Shown piece by piece: positions 10,335-19,809 of a DNA stretch of 64,000 nt (position 1 is its first letter; every line of letters starts with the position of its first letter). The stretch comes from an uncultured Chthonomonadaceae bacterium (GTDB taxonomy: Bacteria; Armatimonadota; Chthonomonadetes; Chthonomonadales; Chthonomonadaceae). The DNA lies in assembly GCA_963817895.1 (NCBI GenBank), contig CAWFQB010000011.1, forward strand, positions 32,001-96,000, written 5' to 3'. The position numbers and the translations under genes were made by a program. Under the pieces are notes generated by a model. That model ran no database searches. It had not been told where the DNA came from and was given only the letters and a program-made list of their open reading frames with translations.

Positions 10335-11225
10335 TTAAGGGTTTGCAGACCGCATGGCGCGTACCTGAACCTGAGCGCCATCCGATTGACACAGGACAGC
10401 CCCGATTTTATCCGTCCGCAACGCCTGAATTCCGCTTGCATACAAACGCGCGACCACTGCCGCATGAGGATGTCCGTAGAGATTGTGGGCGCCCAGGGAG
10501 AGGATGGCCCAATGCGGATGGGCTTGAGCTAGAAAACCGGGGGTGCTGGAGGTGTCGCTGCCGTGATGTCCGGCTTTCAGTACATCACAATCCAGTGTCA
10601 GGCCATCGCGTACCATATCGGCCTCCTCGTTCGCTTCCGCGTCGCCGGTCAGCAGAAAGGCCGTCCGTCCATAGCGCAGGCGAACCACGACGCTGGCATT
10701 GTTGGCTGTGCCGCGTGTTTCGAGGGGAGTGGGGGCCAGAATGTCAAGGACTGCGCCGTCGCCGCAGTCCAGATTTTGCCCGCGCTGCGCCGCCCGATAA
10801 GGAATATGATTTCGCTGCGCCGTTGCCAGGTACTGCGCGACAAGGGGCGAGGGGTCAGGCTGGCCGTTGTCCATCAGCAGGCGCGTATCGAACTGCGTTA
10901 GCAGCGTGTTCGCGCCGCCGATGTGGTCGGCATGGGGATGCGTCAAAATCAGCGCGTCAATACGCCCGATGCCCTCATGCCGCAAAAATGGCGCGACGAC
11001 ATGCCGCCCCATATCGTTACCCGGCGCGTTGCCAATCCCGCCCGTATCAATCACAATCACCCTGCCGGAAGGCGTTTGTATCACCGCCGAGTCGCCCTGC
11101 CCGACATCCAGAAAACTAACGTGTAAAAGCCCGTCCCCGCGCCGATGCGCCAGGTTCCAGCCCAGCAGCGCAACGTTCGCGGCGACAAACAACAGCAGCA
11201 GTTTCCAGATGGAAGAGAGTTTCAT
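10335..11225 (-). CDS. ComEC/Rec2-type metallo-beta-lactamase-fold nuclease domain protein
   Basis: DVGQGDS, THPHADHIGG, TGD, GHHGS and YGHP motifs. Confidence 0.88.
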   Translation of the reverse strand: MKLSSIWKLLLLFVAANVALLGWNLAHRRGDGLLHVSFLDVGQGDSAVIQTPSGRVIVIDTGGIGNAPGNDMGRHVVAPFLRHEGIGRIDALILTHPHADHIGGANTLLTQFDTRLLMDNGQPDPSPLVAQYLATAQRNHIPYRAAQRGQNLDCGDGAVLDILAPTPLETRGTANNASVVVRLRYGRTAFLLTGDAEANEEADMVRDGLTLDCDVLKAGHHGSDTSSTPGFLAQAHPHWAILSLGAHNLYGHPHAAVVARLYASGIQALRTDKIGAVLCQSDGAQVQVRAMRSANP

Positions 11226-11328
11226 TGTAAAATGTGGCAAATACTCCTGATAGGAGCGAAGAACTTAAATATTTTCCAGGTTGCTGCCTTAAACCGTGTT
11301 TGAGATGGCGGCATACAGAAAGCAGCAG

Positions 11329-14122
11329 TTACTCGCTGCTCGCTTCTTCCAGCGCATACGAGATGGCCTGTTCCAGTGTCAGGGCGCGGCCCTCGGTCCA
11401 GGCTGCCGCAAAAGCGGCTTCGCCCAACGTCTGCCGAACTGCCGCCGTCTCACGTTCCTGCCTCGCGCGCTCGAAAGGAAGCATAAAGAAACCGAAACTG
11501 TCGCGGACGGAGGCGGCAGCTCCCCACATGCGGACGCCACGCGCCTCCTGCGCCTCTTTGACACTCAGCAAAGCAAACTCGTTTAGAGATTTAGCGATGT
11601 CCTCCTTGTTCCCCAACTCTCGAAACATAGTCAGGCTCTGCTGATGCAGAACATGCGCCTGAACATAGTCCCCTTGCTCAAAGGCTACTTTCCCCAGGTT
11701 ATAATGCCCCCAGGCGACGCCGCTCTTGTTCCCCAACTCTCGATATATTAGCAGGCTCTGCTGATGCAGAACACGCGCCTGAACATAGTCCCCCTGCTCA
11801 AAGGCTATAAATCCCAAGAATAAGAGAGCTTTAGCTATCCCCTCCCTGTCCCCTGTCTCTCGCCTTATAGCCAGAACTCTCTTCATACCGATCACGCGCC
11901 TCGCTATAGTTGCCCTGCGCCATCGCTACCAGTCCTATTTCTATAAGAACATAAGCTATGCCGTGCTTGTCCCCTGTCTCTCGCATGATAGCCACACTCT
12001 CTTCATCCAGCGTATAGGCAATGCTGTATTCACCCCGGATCTCGGCTATCATCCCTAAATTGGCAAGAGACCAGGCGATGAGACCTCTCGCTCCTATCTC
12101 ACGCGCCATTGCCAAGCTTTCCTCAAGCAGAACACGCGCGCTGTCAAGGTCGCCATGGATAATGGGTAGGCCTCCTGCGGCAAAGAGCGCGCTGCACCGC
12201 GCTCTTGTTGTCTCCTGCCCACCGGGATGCGCCAGCGCCGCGCGCAGATGTTCCCGTCCTTCGCTGGCATGGCCCCGTCTTAGCCAGAACCGCAGCAAAG
12301 CCGCTCCCAGGCGCAGGCCCTTCTCGCCTGCCTCTGTGTCTTCCTCCGTCCCTTCGGCATATAGAGTCAGCGCCTGCCGCAGGTTGTCGTGTTCCTCCTC
12401 CAAAACCTCCAGCCACTGCGCCTGCCCCTCTCCTACAAGTTTCGGCCTGACCTCTTCGGCCAAGGTCAGGAAGCAGTCGCCGTGCCGCTTCCTGACCGCA
12501 AGTTCCTCGCCGCTCTCCAGCAGGCGGTCGCGGGCATACTGGCGCACGGTTTCAAGCAGGCTGTAGCGCGTGGTTTCTCCCGCGGTCTGTACAAGGACAA
12601 GGCTCTTGTCGGCAAGGCTGGTCAGCAAATCCAAGACTTCCCACTCCTCAATGCCCGCGTCCGCGTCGTCCTCGCCCGCGCCGACTTGTTCCGCCGTTTC
12701 CAGTGTCCACCCGCCCGCGAACACGGACAGGCGGCGTAGCAGGGTCTTCTCCTGCGGCGTGAGCAGGTCATAGCTCCAGTCAATGAGGGCGCGGAGGGTC
12801 TGCTGGCGCGGCAGGGCGGTGCGGCTTCCCCCGGTCAGCAAGCGAAAGCGGTTGTCAAGCCTGCTGTTGATCTCTTCTAAGGACAAGGAGCGCACACGGG
12901 CAGCGGCGAGTTCGAGGGCAAGAGGAATGCCGTCCAGACGCGAACAGATGGAGGCGAGGGCAGGCGCATTGGCATTGGTCACGGTGAAGGCGGGCAGGTA
13001 GAACAGGGCGCGTTCCACAAACAACTGCACCGCTTCGTACTGCCCGACACTCTCCACCGTGGCCGCCTGCCGCGCGTTCGGCAAACTCAGGGAGGGAATG
13101 CGATACGTCAACTCTCCTCCAATGCCCAGCCCTTCGCGGGAGGAAGCAAGCGCGCAGACACCCGGACAGGCGCGAAGCAGCGTGTCCAGCAGGCGAGCGC
13201 AGGTGTCAAGCAGATGCTCGCAGTTGTCCAGCACAATCAGCATCTTCTTGTCTTTGAGCGCCGTCACAAGCGTCTGCGCGAGGGGTTTGCCCGCCTCCTC
13301 TCGCACATTCAAGACCTGCGCCAGCGTCTGCGGCACAAGGGCAGGGTCGGCAAGCGGAGCCAGTTCCACAAACCACACGCCATCGGGGTAGTTGTCCAGG
13401 ACGTCGGCAGCCACTTGCAGGCTCAGGCGCGTCTTGCCACACCCGCCGCTGCCCGTGAGCGTGAGCAGACGTGTTTTGCCGAGCAATGTCTTGACCGCTG
13501 CGATCTCCTTTTCTCTGCCGATGAAACTGGTCATCTGCTGCGACAGATTGTTGGGCAGAGTGGCATTATCCAGGGAGCGCAAGGGAGGGAATGTATCGGG
13601 CAGGGCGGGATGATTGAGTTGGAAGACGGGTTCAGGACGGCCCAGGTCGCGCAGGCGGTGTTCTCCCAGGGGCAGCAGGGATGTGGAAGCCGGGAGGGTG
13701 TCACGGGTAAGGGCGTGGGCCACGTCCGAGAGCAGTGTCTGTCCGCCATGTCCCGCATTGAGCAAACGCGCGACACGATTGAGCGGCTGTCCGAAGTAGT
13801 CGTTATCGCGCTGTTCCGCCGTGCCGGTGTGCAGGGCCATACGGACGCGCACAGAAAGCGTCGGCGGCCATGCTTCGGCGGCAAGAGCCATTTGAGCAGC
13901 CAGGGCCGCGCTCAGGGCGTCCGGAGCGGTGGCAAAGGCGGCGCAGAACGCATCCCCAATGGTCTTGAAGACGCAGCCGTTGTTCTCTTCAATAGCCTGC
14001 CGGAGCAACGCATCGTGGCGGGCATGGGCAACCCGCATGGTGTCGGACTGGTCTTCCCACACACGGGTACTGCCTTCAATATCGGTAAACAAAAACGTGA
14101 CGGTTCCAGCGGGCAGGAACAT
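11329..14122 (-). CDS. Class III nucleotidyl-cyclase-like domain + STAND ATPase + TPR protein (one frameshift near 11880)
   Basis: FLFTDIEGST and GDAF cyclase motifs, GSGGCGKT Walker A, LDNCEH, LDGIPLALELAAA; TPR repeats continue in ORF 11329-11895. Confidence 0.85.
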
Positions 14123-14286
14123 AGCGGGCCTCCAGGTAGCCTGGGTTGGTCATAACAGGACCGTCTTAGAGTTCGCTGAGGCAGCAGGTTTCTCCTGCAA
14201 GTGGGCTTATATACATTCCCCGGCGAAACGACAAATAGCAGCAATTTCCAGACGGAAGACAGTTTCATGGAGAGCGCGGGAGGCAA

Positions 14287-14361
14287 TCAACCGTGAGAGG
14301 AACGAAGCATTGGAAATATCTTATTAAAGCGTGTTTGTTGAATGGTGAGAAAGCGAGTCAT
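14287..14361 (-). pseudogene. Truncated Doc/Fic-toxin-like 5' remnant
   Basis: ATGA overlap with the antitoxin stop; starts MTRFLTIQQ, then diverges and stops after 24 codons. Confidence 0.4.
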
Positions 14362-14552
14362 GCAAGCCGCCTCAGCAACTCGTAATCTTCTTTCAGGATG
14401 TTGCTCAATTTCGTTTGGAACTCCAACCGAGAACGATCAAGAATTTTAGCCGCGTTATCGGCAAGAAGCTGTTCCAGCGTGGTATTCTGCCGTAACGCTT
14501 CGCCATTCAACTGTTCCGCTACCCTGTCTTCTAATTTCACTGTCACGACCAC
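14358..14552 (-). CDS. Small antitoxin-like DNA-binding protein
   Basis: About 64 aa, RHH-like N-terminal beta strand, C-terminal YELLRRLA reminiscent of Doc-associated antitoxins. Confidence 0.55.
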   Translation of the reverse strand: MVVTVKLEDRVAEQLNGEALRQNTTLEQLLADNAAKILDRSRLEFQTKLSNILKEDYELLRRLA

Positions 14553-14609
14553 CATTGTATAATCCTCCATTGCCAGCGAACATTATTCTGACCTTAGTAT
14601 ACGGCATTG

Positions 14610-16874
14610 TTAGTGATTGAACAAGAACTCCTTGCTGTTCACCAGCACCCACAGCATATCCTCTAAGGCATGGCGACGCGAAGTTGCGTCTTTCGGAGTG
14701 GCGTTGATAGCGCGTTCAATCACTTGCAGGTTGGCCGCGCGTTCTCTGGCGGAGGGGGCGCGTCCGAAGGTGGTCCAGTAGAGTTCGTCCAGAATGTCGG
14801 CGTTGCTTTTACTGGCTTTGATAAGCCGGTCTACCATGCCGCCGTCTGCCGTTACTTTGCGGTTGAGCAGGTCGCCGTTGATAAAGAGCAACGCCTGCGC
14901 CATGTTCGGTTCCTGAGTGCGTTCGCACTCGCAGGTAATCACGCGGGCGGGACGGCCCAGTATATCCATGAATTCGGACTTGACATGCGTATCTGGTAAT
15001 TGAACGGCGCGCAATCCGGGCGGCATGTTGGGAAAGTCTTCCGGTTTGCCGGATACCTGACTGAGCGCGTCGAGCAGCTCTTCGGCTGTCATGCGGCGCG
15101 CGAGGAAATGGCTGAAATAGCGGTCGTCTTTGCTGTTCTGCGGCGTAGCGGCGGATGAGAGTTGATACGCCTGCGACAGGACAATCTGTTTTATCAGATG
15201 CCGCAGATCGAACTTGTGTTTCACGAAATCAGCCGCAAGCGCGTCGAACAGTTCCGGGTTTGTGGCGGGGTTGGTTTCGCGCAGGTCGTCTACGGGTTCC
15301 ACCAGTCCCCGGCCCATGAAGTGCGCCCACAGGCGATTCACAAGCGAATGGGAAAAATACCAGTTGTCGGGCTGCGTCAACCATTTGGCAAAATAGGCGC
15401 GGCGCTCATCGGGCGAATCCAGCGCCAGCATCGGCCCGCCGAGCGGCTTGGGCGCAACGGGCTTGCCCAATCGCGGCTGAATGATGTCGCCCGTCGGGGT
15501 ATTGTAAACCGTCATTTCGTCGTTGACATAAATGCCTAAATCGGCTTTGTATTTGACGCGGGCGAAGATATTCGCCATGCCGTAGTATTCGTTTTGCGTC
15601 CACTTTTCCAGCGGGTGATTGTGGCACTTGGCGCACTGCACCCGGATACCCATAAATCCCTGCGTGACGTTTTCGGCCAGCTCTTCGGGCTTCAGGGCGG
15701 TGCGGAAATAGTTGGCGGGGCCGTCCAGAAACGTGTTGCCCCGGGCCGTCAAAATTTCGCGCGTCATCACATCCCAACCCTTGTTGTCACGCACGGCGTC
15801 ATGGATGTAGCTGTAATACGCCCACATGCCCTTGTCTTTGAGCGTGCCGCGATTGACGCGCAGCAGGTCGCTCCACTTGTACGCCCAAAAATCTATATAC
15901 GCGGGGCGCGACATCAGCGCGTCTACCAGTTTGGCGCGTTTCTGCGGGTCGGCATTGGCGGCAAAAGCGCGGGCTTCATCGGGTGTAGGCAGTCCGCCCG
16001 TCAAATCGAGCGTGACGCGGCGAACGTATTCCAAATCGCCAGCCTGTCGGCTTGGCGGCAGATGCAGAGATGCGAGGCGGGCGTACACCAGACCGTCAAT
16101 GTAATTGGCGCGGGGCGCGTTCGCAAACGTTTTGGGGTTTACCACATTGGGAAACGGAACCATCACGCGGGCAACGGCCACTTTATCCTGATACCCGACC
16201 ATGATAGCGGTTTGCCCGACGCCATTTGTAGAAACCATTCCGTCCGGCACAACCGAAGCGATGTTTTCATCATTGGTGGCGAACCGCGCCCAGTGGGTCA
16301 CGTCGCGCTTGCTGCCGTCCGAGAAAACCGCTTCGACATGAAGCTGTAAATGCGCGTTGGGCGTCAGGGATTGGGCGGGCGGCGTCACCTTCAGGCCGGC
16401 CACATGCGGGTCGCGCATATCGGGAGGGGCTGCGCCCTGCGTCAGCCACTGCGCCAGAATTTTGTAGTCGGGAGAATTCTTCGCTAATGCCTTGCCGCCC
16501 AAATGCGAGACTTCCATCAGGGGCTTGCGCAGCAGCAGGCTTTGCGCGGGAAGGGCGAGGTCAATCCGCCGCCCGCGCGACTGCCGACAAATGGCGTTGT
16601 AATCCAGTTCGGGCGCGAAGCCGCGCAGACTGAGTTTGAAGCCGTTTTTGCCCGCCGCCGCGCCGTGACACGTCCCGGAGTTGCAGCCGTTGCGCGTCAG
16701 CACGGGAATTACGTCGTTGACGAAACTCACGGGCGCGACGGCAACATGAGCCGCCGTTTTTTTCGACTGCGCGGAACCGGACAGGGTAAGAATTGTCAAC
16801 AACGCCGTCGCCATGCCGAACATGCGCAGTCCTGATGAGAAGAAAGATTGAGTCATAAGGTCAAAGGGTTTCAT
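14610..16874 (-). CDS. DUF1549/DUF1553 domain protein with Ig-like domain
   Basis: CNSGTCH, RRVTLDLTG, QCAKCHNHP, NRLWAHFMGRGLVEP, CECER and C-terminal EFLFNH. Confidence 0.88.
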   Translation of the reverse strand: MKPFDLMTQSFFSSGLRMFGMATALLTILTLSGSAQSKKTAAHVAVAPVSFVNDVIPVLTRNGCNSGTCHGAAAGKNGFKLSLRGFAPELDYNAICRQSRGRRIDLALPAQSLLLRKPLMEVSHLGGKALAKNSPDYKILAQWLTQGAAPPDMRDPHVAGLKVTPPAQSLTPNAHLQLHVEAVFSDGSKRDVTHWARFATNDENIASVVPDGMVSTNGVGQTAIMVGYQDKVAVARVMVPFPNVVNPKTFANAPRANYIDGLVYARLASLHLPPSRQAGDLEYVRRVTLDLTGGLPTPDEARAFAANADPQKRAKLVDALMSRPAYIDFWAYKWSDLLRVNRGTLKDKGMWAYYSYIHDAVRDNKGWDVMTREILTARGNTFLDGPANYFRTALKPEELAENVTQGFMGIRVQCAKCHNHPLEKWTQNEYYGMANIFARVKYKADLGIYVNDEMTVYNTPTGDIIQPRLGKPVAPKPLGGPMLALDSPDERRAYFAKWLTQPDNWYFSHSLVNRLWAHFMGRGLVEPVDDLRETNPATNPELFDALAADFVKHKFDLRHLIKQIVLSQAYQLSSAATPQNSKDDRYFSHFLARRMTAEELLDALSQVSGKPEDFPNMPPGLRAVQLPDTHVKSEFMDILGRPARVITCECERTQEPNMAQALLFINGDLLNRKVTADGGMVDRLIKASKSNADILDELYWTTFGRAPSARERAANLQVIERAINATPKDATSRRHALEDMLWVLVNSKEFLFNH

Positions 16875-17146
16875 TTAGCCGCGAATGAACGCGAATAAAC
16901 GCGAATAAAAGAGGGCAAACAAGGGTGTTTGCAGATTTAGACACAAGAACGCCGCGCTTGTGTCAGAAGGTTTTACCCTGTTGTTAGAATTTTTGGCGAT
17001 ACTCCACTGGTACGCAGGATTTTCGCATGGCGTTGGCGCAACAAAGGCATTGTGCGCAAAGAACTATTCAGGCCCTCACCGGGCGTCCACTTGTGGACAT
17101 GCCCCTCTCCCAAAAAAGCCTGGGAGAGGGGAGAACGGTTTTACAA

Positions 17147-17581
17147 ATGAAGATTGCGGATTTAAGCGAGATTGAGGGGCGCGCGTACCCGGCGCGGCGG
17201 CGGACGCAAAATCTGGTGGGCGGCGCGTCCCCCATTCAGGCCGCGTCGTTTAGCATGGGCTACGTCACGCTGGAACCCAACGGCGGGCAGGTTCCCTGGC
17301 ACAAGCAGGAGCAGGAAGAGGTGTATTTTGTCCTCGAAGGCACGGGCGAAATGTGCCTGGGAACCGAGCGGCAAACCGTAACGAGCGGACAGGCCATATA
17401 TATTCCTTCCGGCGTCTTCCACCAGATGACCAACCTGGGCGACACGCCGCTGAAAATGCTCTATTGCTACGGCCCCGCCGGCGATGTCGCCCACTGGCGG
17501 CAGGAACTGGATGGCACACTCCCTAAAGCGGGAATTGATGCGCCGAACTTGCCGGAAGGCGCACAGACACAATACGAGTAG
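17147..17581 (+). CDS. Cupin domain protein
   Basis: PWHKQEQEEVYFVLEG and IPSGVFH cupin motifs. Confidence 0.85.
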   Translation: MKIADLSEIEGRAYPARRRTQNLVGGASPIQAASFSMGYVTLEPNGGQVPWHKQEQEEVYFVLEGTGEMCLGTERQTVTSGQAIYIPSGVFHQMTNLGDTPLKMLYCYGPAGDVAHWRQELDGTLPKAGIDAPNLPEGAQTQYE

Positions 17582-17683
17582 GTTGTTAGTTGTTAGGTCT
17601 TTAGGTTAAAGGAACGCTGCATACATCAGTCTTCCCTCCTCACCTAACACCTAACAACCTGACAACCTGACAACCTAACACCT

Positions 17684-18838
17684 ATGACCACACACAACCT
17701 GGGCGTAATCATGAACGGCGTCACCGGCCGCATGGGAACCAATCAGCATCTGATGCGCTCTCTCGTCGCCATTCGGCAGGGGGGCGGAGTGGCGTTGCCG
17801 GATGGTGGGGCGATACTGCCCGATCCCGTTCTGGTGGGGCGCAATGCGGCAAAACTGGAGAAACTGGCGCAGCAGGCGGGCGGGGTTCGCTGGACAACCG
17901 ATTTAGATTCTGCGCTTGACGACCCGAACAATCAGATTTACTTTGACGCGCAACTGACGCAGTTGCGCGCGCCTGCCGTTCAAAAGGCGATTGCGGCGGG
18001 AAAGCATATCTATTGCGAAAAGCCAACGGGCGTCAGCGTGGAAGAGGCGTATGGCCTGTATCTGGCGGCAAAGCAGGCGGGCGTCAAGCATGGCGTGGTG
18101 CAGGACAAACTGTTTCTGCCCGGCCTGCTGAAACTGAAATGGCTCATAGGTTCGGGCTTTTTCGGGCGTATTCTGTCCGTTCGGGGCGAGTTCGGGTACT
18201 GGGTGTTTACGGGCGAGGATCAGATACCCGCGCAACGGCCCTCATGGAACTACCGGCAGGAGGATGGCGGCGGCATTATTGTGGATATGCTGTGCCACTG
18301 GCGGTATGTGCTGGACAATCTGTTCGGCAGAGTGCAAAGCGTATCCTGTTTGGGCGCGACGCACGTTGCAACCCGCATAGATGAGCAGGGTAACCCGTAT
18401 CACTGTACAGCGGATGACAGCGCGTATGCCACTTTTCAACTGGAAGGCGGCATAATCGCGCACTTCAATTCCTCATGGTGCGTCCGCGTTCGGCGCGATG
18501 ATTTGCTCACGTTACAGGTGGACGGCACACACGGCAGCGCGGTTGCGGGCCTGCGCAACTGCGTCATGCAGCCCTACAACGGAACGCCGCGCCCCGTCTG
18601 GAACCCCGATATTGACAGTCCGATCAACTTTGCCGATAACTGGATGTCCGTACCGACAAACCAACTTTTCGACAACGGCTTCAAAGCGCAATGGGAACTG
18701 TTCCTCAAGCATGTCGTTCTGGACACGCCCTTTCCTTACAATTTACGTGAGGGCGCGAAAGGCGTTCAATTAGCCGAAAAGGGAATTGAATCCTGGCACA
18801 AACGCTGTTGGGTGGATTTAGAGGAATTGGACGAGTAG
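17684..18838 (+). CDS. Gfo/Idh/MocA family oxidoreductase
   Basis: NGVTGRMG, KHIYCEKP and GGGIIVDMLCH motifs. Confidence 0.9.
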   Translation: MTTHNLGVIMNGVTGRMGTNQHLMRSLVAIRQGGGVALPDGGAILPDPVLVGRNAAKLEKLAQQAGGVRWTTDLDSALDDPNNQIYFDAQLTQLRAPAVQKAIAAGKHIYCEKPTGVSVEEAYGLYLAAKQAGVKHGVVQDKLFLPGLLKLKWLIGSGFFGRILSVRGEFGYWVFTGEDQIPAQRPSWNYRQEDGGGIIVDMLCHWRYVLDNLFGRVQSVSCLGATHVATRIDEQGNPYHCTADDSAYATFQLEGGIIAHFNSSWCVRVRRDDLLTLQVDGTHGSAVAGLRNCVMQPYNGTPRPVWNPDIDSPINFADNWMSVPTNQLFDNGFKAQWELFLKHVVLDTPFPYNLREGAKGVQLAEKGIESWHKRCWVDLEELDE

Positions 18839-18851
18839 GGGATAAGCGAGT

Positions 18852-19796
18852 ATGAACCTGAGTGAAGTACATGCGCAACGCAAATGTAGCCGGAAAATAA
18901 CAGGTATGGCAGCCATCCTGTTGCCGTTTGAAGCGAGCGGTGACATTGCCGAAGACGCTTATGTGAACTGCCTGCTGGATACGGTAAACGCGGGATTAAC
19001 GCCCGCCGTCAATATGGATACCGGGTATGTCAATCTGCTCACGGACAGCGAAAAAGAGCGCGTTTTGAAACTGGCGCAATCCGCGTTGGGAAACGCGCCG
19101 TTTGTAGCGGGCGCGTATATCGAGGGGCAGGATGGCGATGTTGCGAACCTGTACCGGCGCGAAATCGCCCGCATTGCCGAACACGGCGGCACGCCCATAT
19201 TGTTTCAAACGTCGCGCCTGCACGACAAACCGACAAGTGAAGTGGTAAATACTTATGCCCGCGCCGTTCAGGATGTGCCGACCGCCTACGGGTTTGAACT
19301 GGGGCGCATGTTCGCGCCCAATGGCGAAATCTGGACGGCGGAAGTAGCGGAGGGGATTATGTCTATCCCGCAGATAAAGGGCATGAAACACTCCAGTCTG
19401 GACCGGGTAATTGAACTGGAACGGCTGGCCCTGCGCGACCGGGTTCGGCCCGACTTTCAGATTTTTACGGGCAACGACCTGGGCATTGACATGATCGAAT
19501 ACGGCAGCGATTATCTGCTCGGACTGGCAGCGTTTTCCCCCACAAAGTTTGCCGAACGCGACCGCTTATGGCAAACACAGGATACGGGTTACTTCGCGAT
19601 TGCCGACGCTTTACAATCATTAGGCAACATCGCGTTCCGCCTGCCTGTTCCCGCCTACAAACACTCCGCCGCGATTTTCCTGCGGCTGACGGGCAAAATT
19701 CCCACTGCCCGAACGCATCCGCGCAGCCCGGAACGGCCCGCGTGGGAAGCAGAGATTTTGACGGATTGCGCCCGAAGATTGGGATTATTGTCTTGA
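18852..19796 (+). CDS. Dihydrodipicolinate-synthase-like aldolase
   Basis: PAVNMDTG, GMKHSS (Schiff-base Lys) and TGND; operonic with the Gfo/Idh/MocA gene. Confidence 0.7.
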   Translation: MNLSEVHAQRKCSRKITGMAAILLPFEASGDIAEDAYVNCLLDTVNAGLTPAVNMDTGYVNLLTDSEKERVLKLAQSALGNAPFVAGAYIEGQDGDVANLYRREIARIAEHGGTPILFQTSRLHDKPTSEVVNTYARAVQDVPTAYGFELGRMFAPNGEIWTAEVAEGIMSIPQIKGMKHSSLDRVIELERLALRDRVRPDFQIFTGNDLGIDMIEYGSDYLLGLAAFSPTKFAERDRLWQTQDTGYFAIADALQSLGNIAFRLPVPAYKHSAAIFLRLTGKIPTARTHPRSPERPAWEAEILTDCARRLGLLS

Positions 19797-19809
19797 ACTC
19801 GGAGGACAC

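Noticed and set aside
11590..11860. Roughly 120-bp tandem DNA repeats
   Set aside because: Explained by duplicated 40-aa TPR units within the STAND protein.
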